From contig JAXDML010000010.1 of NCBI GenBank assembly GCA_034666125.1, positions 1 to 50,259 of the forward strand: 50,259 bases of DNA. The letters run 5' to 3'. This DNA comes from Candidatus Parcubacteria bacterium (GTDB lineage: Bacteria; Patescibacteriota; Minisyncoccia; Phycocordibacterales; Phycocordibacteraceae). The translations under genes and the position numbers were made by a program. Every line of letters starts with the position of its first letter. The stretch's first letter is position 1. The notes under the pieces were generated by a model. That model was not told the origin of the DNA. It saw nothing but the letters and a program-made list of their open reading frames with translations, and made no database searches. Positions 28,704-39,101 of this stretch are shown here, one piece after another.

Positions 28704-29588
28704 ATGAAAGAGGCTCAGAAGACCATGCTTGTCACAGGCGGCGCGGGCTTTATCGGTTCGCATCTTTGCGAGCGCCTGGTCAGGGACGGCCACCGCGTCA
28801 TCTCGCTCGATAACTACTTCACCGGCTCCCGTGACAATCACGTCCCGGGCGTCGACTACCGCGAGGGGCATACCAGGGACATAGAAAAACACGTCTCGGA
28901 AACACCCGACTTGATCTACCACCTGGGAGAGTATTCACGAGTCCATAAGAGCGTCGAAGAACCGGATCTGGTCTGGGATATGAATATCAACGGTACGCAG
29001 GCCGTGCTCGAATTCTGGCGTAAGAAAGGAGGGAAGCTCGTGTATGCCGCCTCTTCGACAAAGTCCGCATCGACCGAAACCGTTAACGGGGTTTCGGGCA
29101 AGGATATGGCTCCGTACACCTGGGCGAAAGCGGCTAACGTCGAGCTTATACAGAACTACGGCCGCTGGTACGGGCTTACGTACGCCATTGTCTATTTTTA
29201 TAACGTGTACGGACCACGCGAACGTGCCTGGGGGAACTACGGCACCGTCGTACAGACGTTCCTCAATAACGTCAGCGCCGGCGTTCCGCACAAAGTCAAC
29301 AAACCGGGAACGCAGACGCGCGCATTCACCCATGTCCTCGATACCATCGACGGCATCATCCTTGCGGGCGAGAAGGGCGAGAACGATGAGTTTAATATCA
29401 GCTCCGACAACGTCCATTCGATCATCGAAGTAGCGCAGATGTGCGGGGGTGCTATCGAGATGCATCCGCAGACGAAAGTATCGCGTTCGTCGGGAGTTGA
29501 CGATAGCTCGAAGATACGAGAGCTTGGCTGGAATCCCGTACGCACTCTTAAGCAGTACGTCGAGGAGGCTAAACGAACACCATCATGA
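28704..29588 (+). CDS. NAD-dependent epimerase/dehydratase
   Basis: VTGGAGFIGSH, YTWAK (YxxxK), FYNVYGP. Confidence 0.92.
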   Translation: MKEAQKTMLVTGGAGFIGSHLCERLVRDGHRVISLDNYFTGSRDNHVPGVDYREGHTRDIEKHVSETPDLIYHLGEYSRVHKSVEEPDLVWDMNINGTQAVLEFWRKKGGKLVYAASSTKSASTETVNGVSGKDMAPYTWAKAANVELIQNYGRWYGLTYAIVYFYNVYGPRERAWGNYGTVVQTFLNNVSAGVPHKVNKPGTQTRAFTHVLDTIDGIILAGEKGENDEFNISSDNVHSIIEVAQMCGGAIEMHPQTKVSRSSGVDDSSKIRELGWNPVRTLKQYVEEAKRTPS

Positions 29589-30763
29589 AGCGCATGCTTA
29601 TATTCTCGCTCGCATATTATCCGAGCCATGTCTCGGGCGCCGAGACGGCGATCAGGGACACGACCGATCGCGTAGATCCGTCCGATATCGAATTCCACCT
29701 CATCACGCATCTATTCGACCCGTCGGGGGTACGGGAAGAGACGATCGGTAACGTGCATGTGTACCGCGTCGGGTTCGGCGGAGCGTACCTGTCGAAAGTA
29801 CTTTTCGTGCCGCTCGCGGCGCTCAAGGCGCGACGGCTTCACGCACGCCTCCGGTTCGACGCCATGTGGACCATGATGACCTATATGCTTTTCCCGACCA
29901 TGCTCGCGAAGTGGGTGGGCGTTCGGATTCCGCACGCGCTATCGCTCCAGGACGGCGATCCGTACGAGAAGGTGTTCAAGCGATGGTTTATCCGGCCGGT
30001 GGTACCGATACTCGATGCCGGGTTCAGGAGCGCGAAAGTAGTACAAGCCATCTCCCACTACCTGGCAGAGTGGCCTGCGAAGCGCGGGTATCGAGGCGTT
30101 GTCGAGATCATCTATGACGGCGCGAATCCGCGCGACCTTAAGACGACGCCCGATCCTGCGGACGTGGAGCGCGTACGCCAGGAGCTCGGCAAGATGCCGG
30201 ACGATATATTCCTCGTAAATACGGCACGGCTTGGCTACCAAAAAGGAGCTGATACCACGATACGGGCACTCCCGCTTCTCCCCGAGCATGTGAAGCTTGT
30301 ACTGGTGGGGGGAGGTTCCGACGAGTCGATGCTTAAGGAGCTCGCCCAAGAGCTCGGGCTCTCCGATCGCGTGATCTTCACCGGTCCGGTCGACCGTTCC
30401 GTAGTCACCCTCTACCGGCAGGCATGTGACATCTTCGTAGGGCCGTCGCGCTCGGAAGGTCAGGGGCACGCGTTCAATTCCGCGATGGCATCAAGGCTGC
30501 CGGTCGTGACCACGCAGGAAGGCGGGCTGGCAGAATTCGTCTTCGACGAGAAACGGAATCCCGATAAGCCAACGACGGCTTGGGCGGTCGATGTCGATAA
30601 CCCGGAGCAGATCGCGGAAGCGGTAAAGGAGATCATTTCGCATCCGGACAAAGTGAAGCGAGTGACTGAGACCGCGCGAGCCCTGATGCTCGAGAAGTTC
30701 GACTGGGACGCTATCGCAAAACAGATGCGCGAGCGCGTCTTTGGAAAGACGCTCGGCGCGTAG
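29585..30763 (+). CDS. Glycosyltransferase family 4
   Basis: ARLGYQKG, PSRSEGQG, GT-B two-domain layout. Confidence 0.9.
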   Translation: MKRMLIFSLAYYPSHVSGAETAIRDTTDRVDPSDIEFHLITHLFDPSGVREETIGNVHVYRVGFGGAYLSKVLFVPLAALKARRLHARLRFDAMWTMMTYMLFPTMLAKWVGVRIPHALSLQDGDPYEKVFKRWFIRPVVPILDAGFRSAKVVQAISHYLAEWPAKRGYRGVVEIIYDGANPRDLKTTPDPADVERVRQELGKMPDDIFLVNTARLGYQKGADTTIRALPLLPEHVKLVLVGGGSDESMLKELAQELGLSDRVIFTGPVDRSVVTLYRQACDIFVGPSRSEGQGHAFNSAMASRLPVVTTQEGGLAEFVFDEKRNPDKPTTAWAVDVDNPEQIAEAVKEIISHPDKVKRVTETARALMLEKFDWDAIAKQMRERVFGKTLGA

Positions 30764-30835
30764 CCGCCTCCTACTTTCGCTACCTAGTCCGAAGCGCGCC
30801 CTTTTCCTTTAGCTGCCGTGCGGTACCATTCCTCT

Positions 30836-31378
30836 ATGAAAGATCCCATCGAACGCGCCATGCGCATCGCCGTGAGGGCCCATCAGGGGCAGACCCGGAA
30901 GGAAAGCGACCTGCCGTATATAAGCCATCCGGCGATGGTGGCGCTCATCCTCGCCCGGCACGGGTTCGGGGACGTAGTCATCGCCGCTGGGCTTGCGCAC
31001 GATACGGTCGAGGATACGACGGTGACTTCCGAAGACCTTCGCAGGGAACTCGGGGATGAGGTCGCGGACATCGTCGCTACGGTCACGAATGACGATGACC
31101 TTTCATGGGATGACAAAAAGCTCGCGTATATCGAAGCCGTACGGAACGGTTCCGAAGGCGCGAAGGCGGTGGCGACCGCCGACAAGATCCATAATGCGGA
31201 GAGCCTTATTCTCGCGCATGCCGAGCAGGGAACCTCTCTATGGAGGCATTTCAAGGCAGGAAAGGAAAAGAAGCTCTGGTTCGAGAATGCGATGCTCGCC
31301 ATGCTTAAGGAAGTCTGGGAGCACCCGCTCGTGGACGAGTACGCCGTTCTGGTCGAGCGGATGAACGCGCTCGACTAG
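30836..31378 (+). CDS. HD-domain protein, Mesh1/small alarmone hydrolase-like
   Basis: AHQGQTRK, PYISHP, AGLAHDTVEDT, ADKIHN. Confidence 0.85.
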   Translation: MKDPIERAMRIAVRAHQGQTRKESDLPYISHPAMVALILARHGFGDVVIAAGLAHDTVEDTTVTSEDLRRELGDEVADIVATVTNDDDLSWDDKKLAYIEAVRNGSEGAKAVATADKIHNAESLILAHAEQGTSLWRHFKAGKEKKLWFENAMLAMLKEVWEHPLVDEYAVLVERMNALD

Positions 31379-32481
31379 TGAAGTCCCTGTTGACGCTTCT
31401 TTTCCTCGGGGCTTCGTAGACGGTCCCGAAGCTCGATATACTCCCGCCGGACGGACCCGTTCGGCGATTCGCCGTTCAGAATGCGTTCCAGGACATGTCT
31501 CCACCATCCGATACGCGCGAGGTTAAGCTCCTTAAGGTCGCCGTCGCTCCGGTCGAGCGTATGTGCGTAGTACCAGAGAATCTCTCCCAGCCGATAGACG
31601 CGCATCAGCTTGAGCGAGAGCGACTCGCCGGACGTGCGGTTATCGCGCACGTACGCGACGAGGGCTTGCGCAAGCGGCGGATTGTACAGCTCCATGAAGT
31701 TCACGAAGCGCGCCCATCCCTCGTACTTGTTCCCGAACCGGAGCGACGAATGGTCGAGCAGATACAGCTTGTCCTCCGCGATCCTGAAGTTGTGGGGAAT
31801 AAAGTCGGTGTGGGTCAGGAAGTCCTCGTATTGCTCGACGGTACGGCTATGCTCCGAAAGGAAGGAAGCGGCTTTTGCCAGGAGAGCCGAGAGTTCCCGG
31901 TAATCCGGGAATTTCCCTTCCACGTCGCGCCTGAATAGGTCGAAGGCTTTCAGGTATTCCCTAACCGTCCTCCGTCCGAACGTCCGCTCGATGAGGCGGA
32001 TATGCCCGTATGTCGCCGCGTGAGCTCCTTCCTGTGCCTTGAAAGAGCGCAAGGCGATGGCGAACTGGTCTTCTATGGGCCGCTCCATGAAGGAGCGCTC
32101 TTGCTCGATGAACGCCTGGATCGCTATGGTATAGCCGTGCGCTTCCGTGAAGAGGATCTCCTCGGGAGTCTCGAATGCCGTGTACGCGAAGCCGATGTCC
32201 GCGAGCACGCGCCGGCACAAGCGCTCATGCGCAAGCTCGCGCTTGCCGGCGGGATCGCTCGTCACCTTGATGACCACGCGCCGCCCGGTGCGCGCTTCAT
32301 TCCCGAGCAGGATGAACTTCTTCCCGCTCGCGGTCGTTACGGCCTGCATCAGGTAGCGTTCGCCGCCCATATGCGGCTGCTCCTCGTCGAGCGCGAAGCC
32401 GAGCCTCTCGAGCATGGCGCTGATCGCGCCGAGCTGCTCGGCATACGCCTCTTCCCAAAGCGTTCTCTCGTCCTTAGACAT
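31375..32481 (-). CDS. Protein-kinase-like/aminoglycoside-phosphotransferase-like protein
   Basis: VVIKV, LTHTDFIPHN, LYLLD; ATG 32481 overlaps the end of the upstream gene. Confidence 0.75.
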   Translation of the reverse strand: MSKDERTLWEEAYAEQLGAISAMLERLGFALDEEQPHMGGERYLMQAVTTASGKKFILLGNEARTGRRVVIKVTSDPAGKRELAHERLCRRVLADIGFAYTAFETPEEILFTEAHGYTIAIQAFIEQERSFMERPIEDQFAIALRSFKAQEGAHAATYGHIRLIERTFGRRTVREYLKAFDLFRRDVEGKFPDYRELSALLAKAASFLSEHSRTVEQYEDFLTHTDFIPHNFRIAEDKLYLLDHSSLRFGNKYEGWARFVNFMELYNPPLAQALVAYVRDNRTSGESLSLKLMRVYRLGEILWYYAHTLDRSDGDLKELNLARIGWWRHVLERILNGESPNGSVRREYIELRDRLRSPEEKKRQQGLH

Positions 32482-33025
32482 GGCAAAGGGCGCGAAACGT
32501 CTCTCTAAGTCCCGCAATGTGCGTTTCCCAGGAGCGTTCGAAGGCGTCGAGCTCCGCGACCGGATGATCCCTGAAGGGAAGTATCTCCGGGCGCGGGTCC
32601 GGCGAATCGGTAACGACCTCCTTCGCGCGTCGCAGCGCGAACCGCTCTATTGCCTGCAGCTGCGGTCTCGTCCGGGCATACGTATGCGCAGCTTCATCGC
32701 CGATGCGCATCACGATCGGCGTGCGCCTAAAAAAGGAGGCGATGGCAACGGGCAGCTCGACCGACGGTCCGTTCTGCATGTACAAGATGTCCGCATCGCG
32801 CGCCGTTCTAAGGAGTGCGAACGTATAGGCAATAAGCCGGAAGGGAAGCGGACGCTGCTTGCTGACCGCGCGCATCCTGACACCGTCTACGTCCTCGGGA
32901 ATGTGCCCGTACGTGACGATAATCACCTCGTCGGTCTTCGCGAGGCGCGTCGCGAGCTCCTTGGCATACGGGGCGGGCTCGGCGATGTCGGGAGGGTAGA
33001 GGGGGGTCGCCAGGACGATCTTCAT
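32474..33025 (-). CDS. Stand-alone GT4 N-terminal (acceptor-binding) domain protein
   Basis: 183 aa; MKIVLATPLYPPDIAEPAPYAKEL matches the N-terminus of the divergent GT4; no nucleotide-sugar-binding C-domain. Confidence 0.7.
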   Translation of the reverse strand: MKIVLATPLYPPDIAEPAPYAKELATRLAKTDEVIIVTYGHIPEDVDGVRMRAVSKQRPLPFRLIAYTFALLRTARDADILYMQNGPSVELPVAIASFFRRTPIVMRIGDEAAHTYARTRPQLQAIERFALRRAKEVVTDSPDPRPEILPFRDHPVAELDAFERSWETHIAGLRETFRALCHV

Positions 33026-33115
33026 GGGTCAAATCTATCATGATAACCAAAGGCTTTTTCGACGGGTTTCAGCCTGTATCGACCCCTTGGGCCCTCTACC
33101 GTTAGAATACCTACT

Positions 33116-34213
33116 ATGCGTCTTCTCATAGCGACCCCGCTGTATCCGCCCGAGCCGGGGGGTCCCGCTACCTACGCCAAGCTCCTTGAGGAAGGACTGC
33201 CCGCGCTCGGCGTCGACGTGTCTGTCGTGAAGTTCGGCGACGTGCGGCATCTGCCGAAACTCGTCAGGCATTTCGCTTATATGCGGCGGCTCGTGCGGAA
33301 AGGGCGCTCGGCAGACGTCATTCTCGTCCTTGATCCCGTATCGACAGGATTCCCCGCGGCTCTCGCCGCCCTCTTTCTCAGGAAACGCCTCGTGCTCAGG
33401 GTCGGAGGCGATTATGCCTGGGAGCAGGGGAAGCAGCGCTTCGGCATAACGCAATCGCTCGACGACTTCGTGCGGACGGGGCGCGTGCCGCTTCCGGTCG
33501 CCATCCTGCGGAGCGTCGAGTCCTGGGTAGCGCATCGCGCACGCCTCGTCATCACGCCGAGCGAGTACCTCAAAGGCATTGTTGCGACCTGGGGTATTCC
33601 GGCTGGAAAGATCGCGGTCGTGCATAACTCGGTCGCGCCTACGGAAGGAGGAGCCGTTCCGGAACACGTACGGGAACTTCCGCATCCGCGCGTCGTTACG
33701 GTCGCCCGGCTCGTTCCGTGGAAGGGGGTCGACGGGCTGATCGACGCGGTAGCCGAAGCGCGAAGTACGGGAAAAGCCGTCTCGCTCGTGATAGTCGGCG
33801 AGGGACCGGAACGTGCGAGGCTGGAGGCGCATGCCCGTGAAAAGCTCGAGGGAGGGACCGTGTTCACGGGGGCGTTATCTCCCGAGAACGTGCACGCAAT
33901 GCTCCGCGAAAGCGATATCTTCGTGCTCAATTCCACGTACGAGGGCCTTTCCCACGTTCTCATAGAGGCGCTCATGGCCGGGGTGCCGGTCGTCGCGACG
34001 CGGGCTGGCGGTAATGGGGAGGTACTGACCGAAGATAGTGGCATACTTATTCCCGTAGGAGACACTCCTGCGCTTGCCGACGCGATCGGAAAGATCGCGC
34101 GCGATCCGGAACTGCGTGCACGGCTCCGCAAGGGAGCGCTGGAACGGGCAGGAGCCTTCTCCGTGCCGGTCATGCTCGCGCGTACCCAGGAACTGCTTTC
34201 CAAACTCGTATGA
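33116..34213 (+). CDS. Glycosyltransferase family 4
   Basis: YPPEPGGPATY, ARLVPWKG, STYEGLSHVLIEA. Confidence 0.92.
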   Translation: MRLLIATPLYPPEPGGPATYAKLLEEGLPALGVDVSVVKFGDVRHLPKLVRHFAYMRRLVRKGRSADVILVLDPVSTGFPAALAALFLRKRLVLRVGGDYAWEQGKQRFGITQSLDDFVRTGRVPLPVAILRSVESWVAHRARLVITPSEYLKGIVATWGIPAGKIAVVHNSVAPTEGGAVPEHVRELPHPRVVTVARLVPWKGVDGLIDAVAEARSTGKAVSLVIVGEGPERARLEAHAREKLEGGTVFTGALSPENVHAMLRESDIFVLNSTYEGLSHVLIEALMAGVPVVATRAGGNGEVLTEDSGILIPVGDTPALADAIGKIARDPELRARLRKGALERAGAFSVPVMLARTQELLSKLV

Positions 34214-35355
34214 ACGTACTCTTCGTCTCGAACGACCCCGGCTTGTGCGATCCGGAAAGCGACGTACGCGCGCGCATGCGGGAGTACGCCGCGGAAGTCG
34301 CAAAGACCGGAGGCGTCCTCCATATCCTTACGCGCGCCCCGCGCGCATGCGAAGGGAATGACGGACCGCTCTTCGTGCATGGCATACGCGTATCCAGGCT
34401 CCGCTCCCTATGGGCCCTCGCGAAGCGCGGTAGAGCGCTCATACGCGAGCATCGCATCGATGTCGTTTCCGCGCAGGACCCGTTCGAGCACGGGCTTGCG
34501 GCCCTGTGGGCGATAGAAGGGACGAGCGCGAAACTCCATCTCCAGGTACACACGGATTATCTCTCGCCCTGGTTCACGCGCGGCGCCATCTTCCGTTCGC
34601 CCCAGGTACGCATGCCGTTCCTGAATCACGTGCGTATACGCATCGCCGACCGCGTCGTGCCGGAGGCGGACGGCATCCGTACCGTTTCCAAGCGCATCAA
34701 GGAGTCCATGCAGAAACGCTATGGCGAGTCGATTCCCGAACCTTCCGTCATGCCGGTGCGTACCCCGGCCGAAGTCCCGCCTGCGGTACCTCTCCCGCCG
34801 CTGCCGTTCACCTTCACGCTTATTACGGTCGGCAGGCTCGAGCCGGAAAAGCGCATTCCGGATTTGTTCGCCGCAGTGAAGCGCCTCAAGGACGCGTATC
34901 CCATGCTCGGGCTCGTCATCGTGGGCGACGGGCGCGGGCGCGGGAAGCTCGAGAGGCTCGCGCGCTCCTTTGGCGTTGCCGATAAGGTCGCCTTCCTCGG
35001 CTGGCGGACCGACGCCTGGGGGCTCATACGGAGCGCGAACGCGTACATCCAGGCAAGCGCGTATGAAGGCTGCCAGCGCACCCTGCTCGAGGCCGCGCTC
35101 GCCGGCGTGCCTATCATCACGAGCGATACGGGCATCGTAGGGGAAGCATTCACGGGCTACGAGAACGTATTTGCCGCTCCCGTCGGTGACCCGACCAATC
35201 TCGCCGCGCTCACCGCGCAGCTGATCGAGGACCCGCATGCCCGCACGCTCCTTTCGATCGAAGGGAAGCGCGCGGCGCTCGCGTACCTGGCGGCCGCACG
35301 GAACACGCCTGAAGACATCGTTGCCGACATGGCTCGTACGCTCACGAAGCCATGA
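34210..35355 (+). CDS. Glycosyltransferase family 4
   Basis: VGRLEPEK, SAYEGCQRTLLEA. Confidence 0.9.
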   Translation: MNVLFVSNDPGLCDPESDVRARMREYAAEVAKTGGVLHILTRAPRACEGNDGPLFVHGIRVSRLRSLWALAKRGRALIREHRIDVVSAQDPFEHGLAALWAIEGTSAKLHLQVHTDYLSPWFTRGAIFRSPQVRMPFLNHVRIRIADRVVPEADGIRTVSKRIKESMQKRYGESIPEPSVMPVRTPAEVPPAVPLPPLPFTFTLITVGRLEPEKRIPDLFAAVKRLKDAYPMLGLVIVGDGRGRGKLERLARSFGVADKVAFLGWRTDAWGLIRSANAYIQASAYEGCQRTLLEAALAGVPIITSDTGIVGEAFTGYENVFAAPVGDPTNLAALTAQLIEDPHARTLLSIEGKRAALAYLAAARNTPEDIVADMARTLTKP

Positions 35356-36410
35356 AACTCCTTTTCGTCACCCAGGTAGTCGACCGGAATGACGGCGTGC
35401 TTGGCGCGTATCATGGCTGGCTCACCGAGCTTGCGAAGCATACTGAACGCATTGAGGTCATATGCCTCTACGAAGGGGAGCATGACCTGCCGGCGAACGT
35501 AACGGTCCATTCGCTCGGCAAGGAATCGCTTTCGTCGCGCCGGAAGCCCTTGCACCGCCTTCTCTACGTATTCCGCTTCAAACGGCTCGCCTGGACGCTG
35601 CGCCACGACTACGATGCGGTCTTCGTCCATATGAATCAGGAGTACCTCCTTATCGCCGGTCCCTTCTGGAAGCTGCTCGGCAAACGCATCTATATGTGGC
35701 GCAACCATTACGCGGGCTCATGGCTCACGGATATCGCCGCCGCTTTCTGTACGAAGATCTTCTCCACTTCACGTCACTCGTATACGGCAAGATACCGGAA
35801 AAACGTCCTTATGCCGGTCGGCATCGATACATCCCTTTTTCGTCCGGACACGTCCATGGCGCGAAAGCCGCGCTCGATACTTTTCCTCGCGCGCATGACG
35901 CCGTCGAAGAACCCGCTCATGCTTATCGAGGCGCTCCGGGAGCTGAAGGAAAAACGTGTCCCGTTCACGGCGACGTTCGTCGGCTCGCCACCGCCCGAGC
36001 ACGAGGCCTATTACCGGAGCCTGGCCGGGCGCGCGGAGCATTATGGGATTGCGGAGTACGTCACGTTTCTCCCGAACGTATCCAATCGAGAAACGCCCGA
36101 TCTGTATCGCGCGCACGAAGTATTCGTGAACTGCTCACGCTCTGGCATGTTCGATAAGACGATCTTCGAGGCCGTCGCCTCCGGCTGCGTACCGTTCGCG
36201 CGAAGCCGGGACTGGGAAATGCTGGTCGGAGACGAACGGCTTTCATTCGCAGAGAACGGCGGATCCCTGGCAGCGAGACTGGCCGCCTTCTTCTCGCTTG
36301 GCGAGACCGAGCAGGAAGCCGTACGGGATATGCTTGCCGAGCGGGCCGTAGCGCCGAACGCGCTTTCCGCGCTTATCGTCGCGCTCGAGCGGGAAATGGG
36401 CTTAGAATGA
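35352..36410 (+). CDS. Glycosyltransferase family 4
   Basis: ARMTPSKN, SGMFDKTIFEA. Confidence 0.88.
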   Translation: MKLLFVTQVVDRNDGVLGAYHGWLTELAKHTERIEVICLYEGEHDLPANVTVHSLGKESLSSRRKPLHRLLYVFRFKRLAWTLRHDYDAVFVHMNQEYLLIAGPFWKLLGKRIYMWRNHYAGSWLTDIAAAFCTKIFSTSRHSYTARYRKNVLMPVGIDTSLFRPDTSMARKPRSILFLARMTPSKNPLMLIEALRELKEKRVPFTATFVGSPPPEHEAYYRSLAGRAEHYGIAEYVTFLPNVSNRETPDLYRAHEVFVNCSRSGMFDKTIFEAVASGCVPFARSRDWEMLVGDERLSFAENGGSLAARLAAFFSLGETEQEAVRDMLAERAVAPNALSALIVALEREMGLE

Positions 36411-36414
36411 CCGT

Positions 36415-37047
36415 ATGAAGAAAACCAAGTCATTCCTGCGGAGGGAGGAGTACGCGGCGCTTTCGAAGACGGTCCTTGACGGGAAGATACTGGATATCGG
36501 CGGCTCGAAGAAATCCGGATATCACGAACTTCTCGGCGGGAACCATGAGATCGTAACGGCTAACATAAATGCCGACTACGGCACGGACCTGGTCTTCGAT
36601 GCCGAGGAAACCTGGCCGATCGAGGACGCGTCGTTCGACGCGGTGCTTTTCGTGAACGTGCTCGAGCATTTGTACAGATACGAGCACGCCGTGTCCGAAG
36701 CCCGCCGGGTGCTGAAGAGAGGGGGAAAGGTGGCGGGAGTAGTGCCCTTCATGTTCAACGTGCACGGATCGCCGAACGATCATTTCCGCTACACACGCCA
36801 TACCCTGGAACGTACGTTCGCAGATGCGGGATTCACCGATACCCGCATCCGGGAGCTCGGTACGGGCGCATTCAGCGTCGTGTACCACTGCCTGATCGGG
36901 TTCGTGCGGTGGGACTGGCTTGCGACTCCTCTTATCGTACTGGCCCGCGCGCTCGACCGGATCGTTCTCTGGATACGCCCTGCGAACAAGATGTCCGCCG
37001 CCTACATGCCCCTCGGGTATTTCTTCGAAAGCACGAGGAAAGACTAG
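36415..37047 (+). CDS. Class I SAM-dependent methyltransferase
   Basis: ILDIGG, SFDAV, VLEH, RVLKRGG, HGSPNDHFRYT. Confidence 0.88.
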   Translation: MKKTKSFLRREEYAALSKTVLDGKILDIGGSKKSGYHELLGGNHEIVTANINADYGTDLVFDAEETWPIEDASFDAVLFVNVLEHLYRYEHAVSEARRVLKRGGKVAGVVPFMFNVHGSPNDHFRYTRHTLERTFADAGFTDTRIRELGTGAFSVVYHCLIGFVRWDWLATPLIVLARALDRIVLWIRPANKMSAAYMPLGYFFESTRKD

Positions 37048-37066
37048 CCCCTGCTATACTCGCCCC

Positions 37067-37810
37067 ATGAAGCTTGTCCGTAGGTACATCCAACGGTTCC
37101 TCGCGCGGTTCGGGTACCGGCTGCAGAACGTAACGCAGAGCACGGCCGACGACCGGTTCCGAAACATACATGAAGCCGTCCGGACCTATACGATGACCTC
37201 GTATGAGCGCCAACAGGCGCTCTTCGATGCCGTGAATTATATAGAGGATAACCGCATAGAAGGAGCGATCGTCGAGTGCGGCGTATGGAAGGGCGGAAGC
37301 TCCATGCTCGCCGCGCTTACGCTCCTCGAACGCGGAAGCGCCGACCGTACCCTCTACCTCTACGACACGTACGCCGGCATGTCGGAACCGACCGCAAGCG
37401 ATGTCAACATTCACGGCCGCGCCGCCGGGGCCCGGTGGCGCGAACTCGCGCGCGACGGCATGAACGAGTGGGACTATGCCTCGCTCGATGAGGTCCGATC
37501 CAATCTCCGCTCGACGGGCTATCCTGAGAGTAAGACGGTGTTCGTGAAGGGGAAGGTCGAGGAGACGGTCCCGGGAACCGTGCCCGAACGCATCGCCCTG
37601 TTGCGGCTCGACACGGACTGGTACGAGTCGACCCGCCACGAGCTCGAGCATCTCTTCCCGCGGCTCGTGCGCGGCGGGGTGCTCATCCTCGACGACTACG
37701 GCCACTGGCAAGGCGCCCGCAAGGCGGTCGACGAATACTTCAAGGGCAGCCCCGTTCCGATCTTCCTGAACCGCATCGACTATACGGGCAGGATAGCCGT
37801 GAAGCTCTAG
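37067..37810 (+). CDS. TylF/MycF/NovP-family sugar O-methyltransferase
   Basis: VECGVWKGGS, YDTYAGM, LRLDTDWYEST, LDDYGHWQGARKAVDEY; start ATG 37067. Confidence 0.92.
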   Translation: MKLVRRYIQRFLARFGYRLQNVTQSTADDRFRNIHEAVRTYTMTSYERQQALFDAVNYIEDNRIEGAIVECGVWKGGSSMLAALTLLERGSADRTLYLYDTYAGMSEPTASDVNIHGRAAGARWRELARDGMNEWDYASLDEVRSNLRSTGYPESKTVFVKGKVEETVPGTVPERIALLRLDTDWYESTRHELEHLFPRLVRGGVLILDDYGHWQGARKAVDEYFKGSPVPIFLNRIDYTGRIAVKL

Positions 37811-37816
37811 CGCGCC

Positions 37817-39067
37817 TTACCGTTTCTGCGGATACCAGTAGAAGAGCGCAGTCGATACGACGGTATCGAGCACGCTCGAGATGATGCGTCCGACGATGAG
37901 TCCCCAAAGGCCGAAGGACCACAGAAGCGCGACCTGGAAGGTGAGCTGGACGAAGGGCGTGACGGTATAGAAGATATAGAGCTCCCGCTTGAGCTGCTGC
38001 GAGAGGAGGGCGGACGTGGAAAGGTTGCTTGCCGACGCGACGATAAGGAGGGCGTAGAGCTGCGAGTAGGGTATCGCCTCGAGGTAGGCGGGGAAGAGAA
38101 GCGCGAACACGTACGGCGCCGCCGCGATGTAGAGCAGGGCGATCACGAGCCCCGCGGCCGTCATGAACATCATCTTCGACAGGAGAGAGGACTGGATGGA
38201 CTCCCGGGTGCGGGTGGAGAACTTCGGGAGTGCCGCGGTGAACGCGAACTTGAAGAAGCCCGCGATGCGTTCCGGAACCGTCGAGGCGAAGCTGTACACG
38301 GCAAGCTGGACGGGCCCGAGCATCTGGAATACGAGAATGTTGTCCAGCTGCCGTATGACTAGGGTCGGCACGTACATGAGACTGAGGTGCTTCCCGTACG
38401 GCAGCGTCTCCGTATCGATGGACCGGTTCGGGCGGTAGCGCGCGAGCGTCCGCATATACAGCGCCACGGTCACGGCCGCGTTCACCAGCAGGTTCACGAG
38501 CAGCAGTAGCAGGGCCTCTTTGAGGTATACGGTCGCGAGGAGAATACTTCCGTAGTACGCGCCGTTGAGGACCACGCCGTATACGAACGTCTGCTTGAAT
38601 TCTTTCTTGCCGTTCAGGAAGGCGATGTACGTATTGAACGCATAGATGAGGGGCGTGAATACGCCGATGAGAAAGAGGCCGTACCCGAGTTCGGCGTTGC
38701 CCTGAAGTAGGTAGTAGACGCCGACACCGATGCCGCATAACAAGGGAATGACGGACCAGCGAAGCTGCGTGCGCACGGACTCCCGGACGACGCCTTCGTA
38801 CCCGCGCGCGACCGCCTGCGTCACGGCGTAGTTCATCCCGGTAAGCGTGAGCGCGCCGATGATCGTGGAGAAAGAGAGCAGGTACTGATATACGCCGTAC
38901 GTCTCGGCGGGCAGCAGGTTCGCGAACGCGATCGCCAGGAAGAGCGAGCCGACAGACAGGAACAGGACCTGGGCATTCATCCAGAAGCCGCTCGTAGCGA
39001 GATATACCATATCCGTCTTGGTATACCGCTCGGAAGCGCGGAGGAGGCGATAGAGGCGATCTTTCAT
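37817..39067 (-). CDS. Wzx-type oligosaccharide flippase
   Basis: About 12 TM segments, ANLLPAETYGVYQY, LGPVQLAVYSFA; glycan-locus context. Confidence 0.85.
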   Translation of the reverse strand: MKDRLYRLLRASERYTKTDMVYLATSGFWMNAQVLFLSVGSLFLAIAFANLLPAETYGVYQYLLSFSTIIGALTLTGMNYAVTQAVARGYEGVVRESVRTQLRWSVIPLLCGIGVGVYYLLQGNAELGYGLFLIGVFTPLIYAFNTYIAFLNGKKEFKQTFVYGVVLNGAYYGSILLATVYLKEALLLLLVNLLVNAAVTVALYMRTLARYRPNRSIDTETLPYGKHLSLMYVPTLVIRQLDNILVFQMLGPVQLAVYSFASTVPERIAGFFKFAFTAALPKFSTRTRESIQSSLLSKMMFMTAAGLVIALLYIAAAPYVFALLFPAYLEAIPYSQLYALLIVASASNLSTSALLSQQLKRELYIFYTVTPFVQLTFQVALLWSFGLWGLIVGRIISSVLDTVVSTALFYWYPQKR

Positions 39068-39101
39068 GGGGGACAGGGGTACTGCTATATACTAGGGCAC
39101 A

